A stretch of DNA of 61,448 nt, filler included, from Choristocarpus tenellus KU-1152 (Eukaryota; Protista; Phaeophyceae): the NCBI GenBank assembly GCA_964200185.2. It is 11 parts of 11 records of this genome, joined end to end, with 100 filler letters (N's around TTAATTAATTAA, not from the genome) between each part and the next. Parts side by side here need not be neighbours in the genome. Positions count along the whole stretch, not along the records: positions 43,016 to 49,080 come from CAXNAD020009029.1; positions 49,181 to 52,100 come from CAXNAD020023648.1; positions 52,201 to 55,637 come from CAXNAD020020030.1; 8 more parts are not named here. The stretch is one strand, 5' to 3'. The position numbers and the translations under genes were made by a program. Of the stretch, positions 42,916-55,737 are shown piece after piece. The first letter of the stretch is position 1, and the number at the start of each line of letters is the position of its first letter. The notes under the pieces were generated by a model, which was given only the letters and a program-made list of their open reading frames with translations, ran no database searches and was not told where the DNA came from.

Positions 42916-45049
42916 NNNNNNNNNNNNNNNNNNNNNNNNNNNNNNNNNNNNNNNNNNNNTTAATTAATTAANNNNNNNNNNNNNNNNNNNNNNNNNNNNN
43001 NNNNNNNNNNNNNNNATTTACAGGGAAAATCACATGGTGATGGGTAGCCTGGACCACTGCCCCCCATTCCATCCTCCCCCTTTATCGTTCTTCTACACCA
43101 TGTGAATTTCCGCTGTGAGGGATTTATCTCACGTACTTTCCTATCACCTGTAGCACCGAACAAAATTTGGGTAGGTGTTGGCACATTTGGGATTGGTTAA
43201 ATGCCCTCCCACAATGTGATGCATGCAGATTCGTACAAACACCCACACCTCAAGAAACAGATGATTCTCCCCTCATGACCTTTCTCCCTCCTGTACTCCT
43301 TGCACACCAACAAGACCTGTGTGAGGTGTGTAGCTGAAAAATTCCCAAACCTCCCCCCCCCTTGGTATTCAAGATTTTGAAGTGTTTGAACATTATAATC
43401 GTGCAACTGTCCTTGGCTTTAGTTAAGAAATGTTTGACGTCAACTTCAGAGTGCCCCCCAAATGAGAACCTGTTCCAGATAGGTTCTGGAAAGGCTTGTT
43501 ATTATTAGAACAGATAACTGTACCGAACATCACTATGAAGACATTGAATTACTGTTTTTTAGTGGGTTTCCAGATAGTTGAGAGTATGCAGCTCAGGAAC
43601 TTGCTCACCGCCTTCCAAATCGCTGAGGTCTATATTGTTCCTTTGCTATATCTATTGTGTTAAGGGATCTTAGCTTGAGTTACGATGGATATCCCTGCAT
43701 GCTTGTGCCTATCCTATGTGGAAGGTTAAGATTAACCTATGGACAAGATTATGAAAAAGACATGGTTTATAGGGGGTGGAGGATGTTATTTTTTCAATTA
43801 CTTAAGAATGTAATACCAATATTCAAACATCCAAACAGAGTTAACTCTATAACTCCATGCATAAGAGAAAAAAAACACCAACCTAAACACTGTTAGCTGA
43901 AGAGGGAAAACATGTGCAGGAAGTGCATTTTCTGAGTAGAGATTGTTACAGTTTTGTAGACTGCTCAAGCAGTGGAAAGGCACTGTAACCAATGTAATCA
44001 ACACACAGTACATCTTGCGACTGCAATCCTTTATTGCAAAGATTTCAAAGCGATGGCAAATACCCCATCTAGTACCATGGCAACCTTTAAAAGCTAATTT
44101 CTAGAGGGTAGTAGAGCTCTGTCAAGTTCTCCAGGACATTTGGGTGGCGGTTGGGGATGTAGAAAATAGGGATATACTCACTCCTTAAGGTTATACATAG
44201 ATGTTTTGGGCATCTCTTGCATAAACCCAGCAAAGCAGCAGGTTGGTAACAAAGAGAGATTCACTGAACTGGAGGTACTTTGATGGTATAGTGTTGTGGA
44301 CCCTTGTGCTGATCTATTTTTACTTGGTGGTTTACGCAAAAAGGGAAAAATATAGAATGGTATTTGGAACAATTTTTTTAACGCCTGAAGCTTTTTTGTA
44401 CAGGATGTCAATGCGGTGAAAATTATACAGTTATTTCACACAGCACGCATAGGCCAGTGACTTGCTTTTGTCAATAATGATGAACGGTGTATGGACTGCG
44501 GAACACACATGTGAGCATGGTGATTGAGATTGTTTGACACCATGGCAGACAACTGACTTTGCTTCACCAGATCACGCGCGTGGCACTAAGATCTCCTCCC
44601 TACTGTGTGCAATGTTTGCCATCCAGCTTGTGTAATTTACTTGGTTGATCTATTACTCTCCCGCCTCTTTTCTAGATTGCTGTTCATCTCACCTACCCAA
44701 CATGCTCTTTATTAAATCAAATCATAACCTCACTCCTTAACATCATCAGCATGGTGTTGATCTTATTGTTCTCATAGGGCTCACTCTCCCTATGCTCACA
44801 TCATAATTGTAAAAATGAGCTACTATTAAGCATATTGCAGAATTCCAGAATTATGTGAGATGTTAGAAGTGCCCTGATTGGTAGGTTTTGTTACATTTGT
44901 ATGTCCTTCACAATCAAGCACCAATGTTCCTTTGAGAGAGGGAGGGCTGGACATTTTTTTTGTCTTGTCTGTCCATGGGGATTATTGTATTGAAAGACAC
45001 TTATCATTTTCAGTCCAGAAAGTTACCACAAGGTAAAAGGCAACAAATG

Positions 45050-45620
45050 AAACGATATAGGAGGTGGCGATATTGGCCCTCTTGAGTTTCAAGGCCTTTG
45101 TGAACCTTGTGCAAAATACATCACCCTAGGAGAGTTCTGACTGTAGGAGAAAGTTAGGTGTGAACACAGTGTTACCTAAATAACGCCCTCCATGGTGCTG
45201 AAGACATACACCGCAAGGCAGTTATTGGGACCCTTGAAACTCAACAGCATCAGCAGCTTCAGATCTTCACATGTTGACCAAAGCACTACTACATGACAAA
45301 GGTTGCAGTTTTGATTATGTACTCCGGAGTAGGACAGTTCACCAATCCTTCCGTCAGTGCTACTGTCTTTCAACAATGGAGATTTCTCATGGCAAATATC
45401 GTTACACTAGGGCGCAATTTTCCAGAGTACATAACAAAAGTACAGAGTAGGGGAGAGATGAAAACAGTTCTGCCACACATGCTAGGTGACATATCTCTGT
45501 AAAGGATACTGTGACAACATAACTAGTGTTGGCATAGACCACCCAAGCAGGAGGCAAGTAGATGGAGGGCTAGGAGATTATGCAAATGCTTAACTATTTG
45601 AGCAAAGAAGGCATATATTT
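45050..45620 (+). mobile_element. Highly decayed RTE-like LINE C-terminal fragment
   Basis: NALHGAE...LETQQHQQLQI and a downstream SRGEMKTV...LGDI resemble the RTE motifs LYGxETW...LExxH and RxRGxxxxW...D. Very degenerate. Confidence 0.28.
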
Positions 45621-46049
45621 GTTTAAGTACGGATGGCACTTTGAATGGTTGCAACTGGGGAGGGTCAATACCACCACCTTGGGTATTGAATGTGGTATTT
45701 CCTTGTTAGAAGGAATACGGACTATGAGAGGTAGTAAACAGTAACCCTTTCCCTTACCATGAAGTATTGAGTACTAGACTTGTAGTGTTTGCATTTTCAA
45801 CATTTGTGTGTGGGCAACCTGAGAACAGACACACGGGCATCCCAACTCTTCAGATTTACACACTGTACCATGCTCAATTAGGACAAAAGTACGATTGTCG
45901 AGCTGACTCTAAACTCTAATTCAAAGCAAAGCCGAGCTGCAATGGGATTTCATACAATAAACCGCAACTCAGGCACCTTAACACTTACACAACACTGTTG
46001 TGCTTTTCAGTGTTAGACATGACCAACCATTCAAATTGTCCAGACAAAC

Positions 46050-46309
46050 GAATGAAAGTATCTTAAGAGGGTACGAGTTTTGCTCTGTTTGTCCATTTGG
46101 GGCTTGGCTCCCCATGGGTATTTTAATGACATTTTCCTACTCCAAAATGTTTCTGAGTAAGTAAAACGTGTATGTTATGAAAAGGTGTGTCTGAAAGATG
46201 GATATTGACACTTCCTAACAAACATAATCGCCAAAATTACATCAAAATTGCAGCATTGGATTTTGACCCCCAAATGGACGTGGTTTTACCCTCTAAGATA
46301 CTTTGACTC
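46050..46309 (-). mobile_element. Complete 260-bp MITE, subfamily A
   Basis: GAATGAAAGTATCTTAAGAGGGTA...TACCCTCTAAGATACTTTGACTC; flanks are AAC and AAT. Confidence 0.88.
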
Positions 46310-48644
46310 AATGTTTAAAAAAAAAATGCCCACAAGTTTTGTCCTGCACAACAGAGGTTATGGACCAAATTGGCACAAATGTTTCCTGAACAACCGACTT
46401 CACAAAAGTAAAGTGCCTTGAATTAAGTCCTAGAAGGCGGGCGATACAGAGTGAATGACCCCAAGAGTTTGTTGTCCTGGACAACAGATGCTCCGGATCA
46501 AATGTAATGGAACATTTGTTGGACATTGAGAGTTGTAGAGGAAATGAGCTCAAATGTTTGCTGGACAAACAGACATTATGAGCAAGCATAATGAACAGAT
46601 ATTCTTACCTTTTCACCCTTTCTTTTGTTCTATCAAATCTCTTCTACTTCTTCTCTGCTTTTGCTTATATGGTCAAACTAATAATGTGTGAAAGACTAAA
46701 ATACTGAAGTGGGGTTATTACGAGATAAGATTTGAGCAAACAGAACCAACATTCTGCACAACAGGTATTGTAGAACAAAGGATATATAATGTTCCCCTGA
46801 CAACGGACATTATAGAGGAAATGGACTCCAGCGGTAGATGGACAAGGGGCATTTTCGAACAATCGACTGTCAAACATTGTCTGGCAAACAAACATGATAG
46901 TCCGAACATATGGATAAACGTTCTAGCTGAGTTATCGCTAGTGTTAGATGTTACATTGTCCGGGGTATGCAATACTTGAAATACATGCAGTAGTGACAGA
47001 AATACAGAAATAAAAATAAAAAATTGAAGAAAATGTACAGAGAACGCTCGATGTAAGGATTATAGCTTTAAAACAGTGACAGCCAAGAAGACACAGACGC
47101 TGCTACTCACAGGTACCCAACGAGTGGAGACAGAACGTCATCACCACCAGCATTGCGAGGTGATACTATTCCGTTTACCAAACCCGGCACAGCACTGGAG
47201 GAACGTAAAGTGTTTGATACAAAGGTGGGTGAAGTGGAGATTGTTGAGAGCCCAAATCATGCAGGTATTACACCAAAACTTTAGCCTTGAGCATTCAAAT
47301 CTCAAGATAGATTGAGCGATATGTCAACCATGTACGTGAATACTAGTAAACATCAGTGCCGTAAACAGGGTTTAAATTTTGCTCTTGGCACCACAGTAGT
47401 ATGGAAGCAACTGTTGACAGTACATGTACTATTGTGCCCTCTGATATATTGCAAATGGTGTCAAGCAAAGAAAAAACTATATATCAGGGATTCCTTTAGG
47501 AGAAAGGTTAAAAGGTAATTTGAGCTTTGTGAGCGTGAGAATTCGCAGGGGTACTAAGTGACATAGGGACAGGGGAACAAGAAAAGGAAATAATGTTGTA
47601 TCGGAAGGTTAAGCACTGAAGGGCCCAATAGAACAGACCGGGTAAATGAGAAGTTAATGAGATTGAGGGAATGGAGGGGGGAAGGGGTGAGAGGGAGGAG
47701 ACAGAAAAAAAGGTCGGAGCCAAAGGCAGAGTTAGACTGAGAAAGGGGGCAGGACCAAGGAGACTTCTGAGCAATCTTCCCACCCTATCACCCTCTTAAT
47801 AGCTCACGATTGACTAGGATGTTTTGGGGGGAGGGAGGTCAACCTTGGGGGGTTAGATGTCAATGTTCAAAAGCACGGAATTGTATAGGAGGAGATGATT
47901 GGGAGGTATTCTTAGATTAGTGTGGAGTGTTGTGGAGGATTGTGGAGTGTCATGGATGGATATGGCGCGTTTTGGGAGGTTTGGTGTGAGAGTGGGTTGA
48001 AGGAAAATGGGTATATTGTTTGGTGATTGGATACCATTGGCGGAAAATAGACCCATTGGTTAGTAAGTGTATAAGCGGAAAGTGGTAAAGTTGGTGTGGC
48101 AATAATGGTGTGGTATGGAATGAGTGTTGTGACATTGGTTAAGGAATATAGTGAATGTTAGCCTACAATGAGGCTAATTTTACCAAGAACTTGTGAGCAA
48201 AGCAGGAGACATTGATAGTGTACATTCGGAATTAGTTGTGTCGTTCACGTTAAATGAATAACACGGTACCCTCTCAGTCAACGGCCGATTCCGAAGTAGG
48301 TAGGAAGCGGAAAGTTTCCATACCTTGGACAAATCAAATCCGATTTGTGGCGTACAAATCAATTTTCGATAAATCAATGGAACTGGAATCTGGGCACATC
48401 CTCACAAATCAAATACTTCGGAGTTAACTTCTTTTCATTTGAGGATCTGAATAACTTGTACCCATTCATATTTTCTCAGATGGTGTGGGACAAATCTTCT
48501 GACAACAGTAATGATATGTTGCAAAACATCAAAAACATTTCGTACAACTTGTGCTCACAACCCCAAATCATTACGGAGGGATTAAAATCAATGTGTTTGA
48601 ATGGGGGAACCATTTGTACATCTTTCGCAGATAGTGGAGTGGTA

Positions 48645-49005
48645 CGTACAAATATCTGTACTATATTATTGTGCCCTCTGACATTGTGCATGTGTGTAAC
48701 AGGGAGAACACCAAACCTGCATCACAAAGACTGCCATAAAGGTAACACTTGATGAAAAAGAAACCTCTCTAAAAAGTAGTTACTATTTGAGAATGAACAA
48801 AATAATACTGCTCCCTTGAAAGTTGGTAACCATAACGTAATGTGTATGTACACTACCATGGTTCCAACCTAGCTTAGCTCTGTGAAGGTGGGCGAGGAGC
48901 TAAGAAATCATCCCAAGAACCTGACAGGCCCCGCCTTGCCCATCTACCTGATGTCTCTAGATTGAAATGCATGATGAGTCTGGGATGAGTCACTGGTGCA
49001 ATGAT
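48645..49005 (-). mobile_element. 3' end of CRE/R2-type non-LTR element (diverged)
   Basis: CCAACCTAGCTTA...GGGCGAGGAGCTA..CATCCCAAGAA.CTGACA..CCTTGCCCATCT matches 24620-24720; TATTGTGCCCTCTGACATT matches the 3' tail. Confidence 0.65.
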
Positions 49006-49010
49006 GGACA

Positions 49011-49080
49011 GGGTCAAAGTATCTGGGGGGGGGGGGGGGGGGGTGGGGGGGGGCGCCGTTTAGGAGTATACAATTCTTTT
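49011..49080 (+). mobile_element. MITE subfamily B left end at contig end
   Basis: GGGTCAAAGTATCT, poly-G, then GGCGCCGTTT. Confidence 0.75.
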
Positions 49081-49180
49081 NNNNNNNNNNNNNNNNNNNN
49101 NNNNNNNNNNNNNNNNNNNNNNNNTTAATTAATTAANNNNNNNNNNNNNNNNNNNNNNNNNNNNNNNNNNNNNNNNNNNN

Positions 49181-49217
49181 CTCACAAACCACCCCCCCCC
49201 CCAAGATACTTTGACCC
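49181..49217 (-). mobile_element. MITE subfamily B terminus at contig start
   Basis: CTCACAAACCACCCCCC..AAGATACTTTGACCC is the reverse complement of 26361-26398. Confidence 0.78.
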
Positions 49218-49219
49218 TT

Positions 49220-49920
49220 GATCCGTGCATAGACCAAAAAGTGGAGATATATGGAAACATACGAATAACTGGCTCTATATTTCCTCATCTCCACCAGTGT
49301 TTATCTATATAGTGTGTCAGCACCACGATCTAGGGGTACTTCCCCACGTAGCACATAATAAGTAGGCAACTATTCAAGGAAGTTCTTTCTCGCTCACCGA
49401 AGCACCCGAAACATTTTACCCTGAAGATGTTGAGATTAATACTACAAGGGTCAACAGATTTTATGTGGTACGTGCACTTTTGTGTCTATCAGCTGCGGCA
49501 AAAGAGCAGTGAAATCACTGCTGGTGGATGAGTTGGCTAGATGGCAAGCTGCCTGGACTTCTACAAAGTGACATCTACAAAAAGACCTTTGTCTGTGAAT
49601 AAAAGGCTGAGGTAGCCTTCAATAAAGCCCCAGCATGGATCACCACATCCATACGGAAATTCATATCCACCATCAACAGACTGGTGCCCTCCAGTATGCA
49701 AGGGATACCCATTGCCTTGCAGACCTGACCCAACCGTTTTACCTTTGGGGTGTACAGGTGAACCTGTCCTCCCATCGTAGGGCAGAATCGTGTGTGATGT
49801 GTAGTGCCCCAGGCACATATTTGACAAGACCTCTTCTCTCCCTAGAGGCCTCCTGGCAATGGGACTGAACTCATGCAATTGCCTCTTATCCACAATGCCT
49901 CCTGTAGCGGGCTAGAGTCA
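49220..49920 (-). mobile_element. Restriction-like endonuclease (RLE) domain remnant of CRE/R2-type non-LTR retrotransposon
   Basis: Across frameshifts: ...LGQVCKAMGIPCILE...NFRMDVVIHAGALLKATS...DKGLFVDVTL...SVDPCSINLNIFRVKCFG. This fits the E..RxD..DVT..FG organisation of an RLE domain. Confidence 0.72.
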
Positions 49921-51985
49921 GCGAGAAACTTTCCTTCTCATGTTCCTTTTTGGAATACAGTTAGGTTGGAAAACTGCCTCAAAATGCAAAACCCGCGTAT
50001 CTCTCATTTACTCCGACTCAGAGGATTTTTAAAATTCAAATAACTCCCAATATCAATTCGTAATGTTTCAGCGTATACTACACAACTCAGAAGAAGGTAA
50101 GTACAATAGAGGCGTGGCTCTGTCACATTTTATTTTTTATTTTTTTAATTGCAGATTGTGGTCGGAATAGTGGGAATATCATAGTGCAATGATTGGGGAT
50201 CCGAGAATATGTACTTAAGTGCATAGCATTTTTTCCCGCAAGTCTGTTGATATTTAACTCTACAATACTACAGAGAAATAGAGCAGGTTAATAAAATTGT
50301 TTCCTGTATGTACCAAACAGCTGGAGGTGCTGTCGATCTGAACCCCGACCTAGCCAGGAACTGTGGGACACTTGTCTACTAATCAACACTGTATAAACTT
50401 CAGGCAACAACTGACCGGCCTGCATGATGGTGTCATTCTGTGAGACAACAACATATACATGGCATCATGATGCAACACACTCCAAGAGACTGCCCCTCAG
50501 GACTGCTACTACTACTACTACAGGAAGTACTGTACTCGGTTAAATGTCACAGTTCACACATGCATTATCAAGAGAAAATAAGTTGATCCGTGGGTCCTCA
50601 CACACGTACATACAAGAGGATATCCAAACGTAGCATATACCTCAAGACATCGAACCCTTTTTCGACCTACTGGAGACCTTGAGTGCCAATGACTCAACAC
50701 CTACTTCTACTACTACTACTGCAGGCATGTAAGTCTCCATGTGACTTTCGGCCGCGCAGAAGGGATTAGTGCTCAGAAGACACTTCACGGTGGAGTGAGG
50801 GTGTGAGCTCAGACACTGGCATGGACCTGTACCAGGGCGAAGAACTTGGTTCATGCTAGTCGCAGGTCTGAAACAGTGGCCTTAGAAGACGCACCTCCTG
50901 TTCAAGTACCCACCACCCCTATGGTAGATGTGCCATCACAATATCCAGACTTGGACCATCGAACCTACCTGTGGCCTCTACCCATGTACGGTAGCAAACT
51001 CTGCCCCTGCCCCAGCAATAAACTCGGTACAAACAGCATCGTACTATTTCTTCAACAGTTCCTTCAGGAACAACAGAGTCCTCTGAAGTGCCACAGTAAG
51101 CGCCAAGGAGTGCAAAGCTGGTGCCCACCGAGGCGGAATGAAAGATGAACCCCCGGACAGTAGTAGCAGTGGTGTCATTAACACTTAAAAGAAGGTGATG
51201 TCATTAACACTTAAAGCAACAACAGAAATAACAAAAAAATATACATACACTGTGTAAAAAAGAAGAACGATGCCTAGTCTCTAGGCTCTGCCCTGTTGCA
51301 GCCAGTCACACACGAGACACCGGCCCACCCCCCAGTAGTGGTAAAAAACGTCAACACTACACACCGATCACTCTTGTCCTACAGGTAGGGCTGTTGAGTG
51401 TACACTTATGCTGCTCGAGTTCCTTTGTCTCGCCAACAGATTAATAGGTTAAGTTGAATTTGCATTTTGACGCACCTAGTAGCTGTAACATACTTTGAAA
51501 TGTCATTCGATACATAAAAAACATGCATTTCAGCCAACACAAAGCATGCCCCCCGCCCTCCCTCCCCCCCCCTCCCCTCACTCCCCTGCAGAAAACGGAG
51601 ACAAAAACTGCTGCAGTCAAGCAAATGGCTACCCGCTCTTCTGCCAAAGGGGGGTGGGTGAGCGGGGGTGGGGTGGGGGGAAAGGGTCGACTGTAATATG
51701 TGGGATTCACAAATAAATATCTACTCTACTCTTAGTATATCCAATACCCATGTCAGAGTGAGTGATGCTCAAAAAGCTACTTGAAGTAATTGCAATAAAC
51801 AACTAGATGGACAAAAAAAACTCCAAGGCAATGAAAAATAACACCATATACACGCAAACCCAGTCGGGTGGTACTACATTACCGGTGAGTTTCTGACCTG
51901 AAAACAGCCAGACAAGCACACTTTTCACAACCAAAAACGTCTGTCTACATGCTCCTCCTCTCCTTTCTTTTATCCCCTCCATCCC

Positions 51986-52028
<43 letters not shown>

Positions 52029-52482
52029 ACCACAACAAAAAAAAACCCACCAAACACAAAACACACCCCACAAAAAACACCCCCTCCCCCCCCCCCCCCC
52101 NNNNNNNNNNNNNNNNNNNNNNNNNNNNNNNNNNNNNNNNNNNNTTAATTAATTAANNNNNNNNNNNNNNNNNNNNNNNNNNNNNNNNNNNNNNNNNNNN
52201 ATGCCTAAATGTCTGATATACAAAGTTAGAGATCCCTCCAGCGTGGAGTAATGTGTTACCTATGTGTGTATGTACACGTGCTATATGTTTTTTTATGCTT
52301 CAACAATATCATTTCATCCAGCCGTCCCCGCGCTGCTAAAGCTGTTACCACGCATAAATATCTACAGAATTAGAGATCCGCTGCTGGCATACGATCCTTC
52401 TAGGATTCCATCCCCCGTCCCTCGTATCCACCGCTAACACATCTACCATCCATTTACATACACATGTGCGCTACTACAATAG

Positions 52483-54620
52483 GAACGGCACGAACAAAGA
52501 CAAGGACATGGCTCCGAAGCGAGACCTGGAGACGTCCTGGATAGACTACTGGGCTGATACATACGGGCAGTTCATGCCTCACAAGTCCACAATTATGATC
52601 TACGCCTCGAACAAAGAGGTAGGTTTTGCCGTTAGTTGTGGAGAGGTTGGCCGCACCCTGTGTTGGAGGGTGTTCATTACTTGGACCGGTCTGATATTAA
52701 GGTTCAAAGAACATGTGAAGATTCGTACCAAGGGCTATTTTTTTCGTTTGCTATGTCGAGACTACAATGCTGATGATGATACTCTTCGTCGCTATTACGA
52801 AGGAAGACACAATAACTGTTATTTCGACGCCATGTACACATAACCTGCAGCCCCATTCCCGGTCTGACATTGGTAGGAAAAGTGTGTACTTCGTGTGTCT
52901 AAAGCGCTTTGCAATGATGATGATTATGATGGTATATTCGCCTCCTTTGCCGCTTCTGTAAACGGCAGCGAGGCCCGAACAGAATGACGCTCATGGCAGA
53001 TTTACGAAGATCATTGTGTTTGCTCTTTCGTAACGCACGATGTAAGCTTGCTTGACCCTGTCTTCCGCGTTCTCAGTCAAGGTATTGCTCTGCCCGCCTT
53101 CTAGAGATCTTCAAGGGGTGTTCTTCAGTGTTCCTTCTCAATAACTTCTCACTTGACCGACAAGCAACATTTTTAATTAGGAGCTATACAAGGATTTTTG
53201 CAAAGAGGCAATACGGGTGTATCCTGACGACCCTTCCAAGTGAGTAAGCAGGGCGCACTTCCTCCGGGTGCTCAGAGAGGACAGGCCCAACATCAGGGTG
53301 AGGGTAGGAGGCGAGTTTATGAAATGTGACATATGTGTCACCTTAAAAGAGAAGCGGCACGGTGCGCCTGGTGTAAAACCCACGAACAACTCCACCGTCC
53401 TCGAGTCCATCAATAAGGAGCTGTCAGACCATCGAGAGGTAGGTGTCCAGCGTAAATTTTGCAACAAGCGTACAGTGGAAACATGTCGCCGTCATTGCCC
53501 TCCATTTTGAACATCTGTTTCCGTTTGCAAATGAAGACTCCCACGCAGGTGCTAATGGCAGCAGCCTAACCCTCAATCACCGCAAAAACGTTCTTATTAC
53601 CTGCCCACACACGTTGTATGATAGACTGCTTCCTGGTCGTGTACAACGGGATGTAGGATGGACAGGTACTGTAGCGGCTTCTCAGGCCCTGTACGTACGT
53701 GCTTCCGACAATCCCGATAATACTGTGTTTGTCTAAAACACAGTAATAAAAAACATATACAAGACAAACATTTATTGTTACCTACACTCTATTTTGTTAC
53801 TAAACTGATACGTGTTAACAAATGGCCATTTTTTTACAACTCTGAGCAGATTTATTTGATTTACAGACGTGATGTTGCTCTCCCCCATTCGCCAGATTAT
53901 CCAAGCGGATCGGTTGGTCATCGCCAACAGCACCAGCAGCGCCATGCAGGCCAAAGTCGACGACAAACCTCTCGACTTCGTGTTCATGTCCGTAGACGCC
54001 GCAAACGAGACAGGACACGCCCTCCCAGCACTTTAGCTAGCTACCCACGGCGGTGACAGGTAACCACACGCACTGAAAACAAGTCTGCAGAGTGAAAGTA
54101 TCTTAGAGGGTACGAATTTTCCCCTGTTTGTCCATTTAGGGCTTGGCTCCCCACAGGTTTTTGATGAAATTTTACCTGCTCCAAAATGTTTCGGAGCAGG
54201 CAAAATGTTTATGTTATGAAAAGAAGTGTCCAGAACAAGGATATTGACATCTCCTAACGAACATGGTAGTCAAAATTATATCAAAATTGTAACATTGGAT
54301 TTTGTCCCCCAAGTGGACGCGGCTCTGCCCTCTAAGATACTTTGATTCTGCCGCCGCACGCAGAAAAGAATAGACGACCCTGTTTTATTCTACGAATGAG
54401 TGCAAAGTCCCAAGAAATAACCGCCAAAACAGACGCACATAATTCCACTACCTATTCCGATCGTCATGATGACGACACACCGTAGAACCTTTCTTTACAC
54501 GATTCTTTGATTCATGTCCTTCTTATCAGGGGCTACTCCGAACGCCAGAAAATCATGGCTGCACACGTCGAAGGCCAGCTCACAGAGGTGTTCTTCACTC
54601 CTATACCAATCTTGGAGGAT
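52483..54620 (+). pseudogene. Intron-containing Sola-like (DUF7869-type) DDE transposase pseudogene, 4 visible exons
   Basis: Exons 52483-52618, 53181-53438, 53896-54059 and 54530-54620 are phase-compatible: SWIDYWADTYGQFMPH...NKE-ELYKDF...K*VSRAHFLRVLREDRPNIRVRVGGEFMKCDICVTLKE...DHRE-IIQADR...FVFMSVDAANETGHALPAL*LATHGGDR-GYSERQKIMAAHVEG. It has a CxxC...H motif, then hydrophobic strand-D...LP. Two in-frame stops. Confidence 0.62.
54090..54348 (-). mobile_element. Complete 259-bp MITE, subfamily A, in an intron of the transposase pseudogene
   Basis: GAGTGAAAGTATCTTAGAGGGTA...CCCTCTAAGATACTTTGATTC. Confidence 0.88.
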
Positions 54621-55079
54621 GTACGTAATGTGGGTCGTGGCAAAAAATGACATGACTGAATAGATGCTTGTTGTGCACGCATCACTTCATTTACCGTCGT
54701 GGCGAGTGGACCTGCCGTAGTTTAGATACCCGAGGACAAGTACATCCCTACACCATGTGCCTACAGATACCGCCAGCCTGGTGAACAGTCGATTAACTGA
54801 TGATGCGCTGTGCTCCCCTGCCATCCTACGCATCAGCTTAGGGTTAGGGCGAGAGGAGCGTAAGAGCTAATCAACGAGGAGGCAAACCTATGCAAAAGAG
54901 AACTCTTCCAATAGAGTCTTTGCTTTAAGTTATATGGATTTATTTATTAGCGGAGTGAGCACAGGCCCTTGGTGGTGGTGGTGGGGTGCTCTTCCTTATA
55001 TTATTATCTATTGCGAACGTCATCATACACGTCAAAATGTGTCTGCGTCAGTCACTAATATTGAACAAGATAAGAAACC

Positions 55080-55156
55080 AATCCATCGAGGCTCGAACCT
55101 GCGACTCAAAACACACCAAGCCAAATCCTTGACCCTTACTCCACTCAGTCAATACT
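55080..55156 (-). repeat. tRNA-derived (SINE-head-like) sequence
   Basis: The minus strand has an A-box-like TGACTGAGTGG and a B-box GGTTCGAGCC at tRNA-like spacing; no intact cloverleaf. Confidence 0.4.
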
Positions 55157-55563
55157 TCTATTGTATTCCACTTTTCACTAAATATATAACTCCCTATAGA
55201 CTGCCTAGCCTATATTGCACAAAACCCACAGACATGTATATCAGCCAGTCGGGTGTATGTGCTCTACATTGCAAAAACAAATTCCATTACCCCTCTTTGT
55301 AGCTCCAAATATACAATGCGTAAGTAAGCAGAGTACTATTTGCCAACTAACGACGGACATCATCGTTCCTACAGGTTGTAACCTTGTCTGCACAGCTACC
55401 CACCTTGCCCTCGCTAGGCTTATTGACAAGTACCACAAAAGCCTCGATCACGCGGGGAGTCACATCAGCCAGCACGCGGATTGTCAGGTAAAAACGTTTC
55501 ATCTTGACACGACCTACTCAACACATACTCGCTGAATACCGGTCACCAAAAATCTAACTGCAT

Positions 55564-55637
55564 TATTAAGAATATGCTTTTTATTCATGTGTAAAAGAAT
55601 GTTCTGTAGAAGAAACAATTTAAGAATGAAGCGACGG
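55564..55637 (+). mobile_element. 5' part of a Copia LTR (same family as 32236-32676), truncated at contig end
   Basis: TATTAAGAATATGCTTTTTATTCATGTGTAA.AGAA..TTCTGTAGAAGAAACAA..TAAG.ATGAAG aligns with 32236-32305. Confidence 0.8.
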
Positions 55638-55737
55638 NNNNNNNNNNNNNNNNNNNNNNNNNNNNNNNNNNNNNNNNNNNNTTAATTAATTAANNNNNNN
55701 NNNNNNNNNNNNNNNNNNNNNNNNNNNNNNNNNNNNN

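Noticed and set aside
48540-48625. Tc1-like KH...PSVMIWGC on the minus strand, and ORF 48345-48752 on the plus strand
   Set aside because: No surrounding DDE motifs or TIRs, and the ORF runs into the 3' tail of a non-LTR element.
53240-53251. GTGAGTAAGCAG as a 12-nt intron that would remove the in-frame TGA
   Set aside because: Far below spliceosomal intron size, and a second stop exists downstream; a pseudogene is the simpler explanation.
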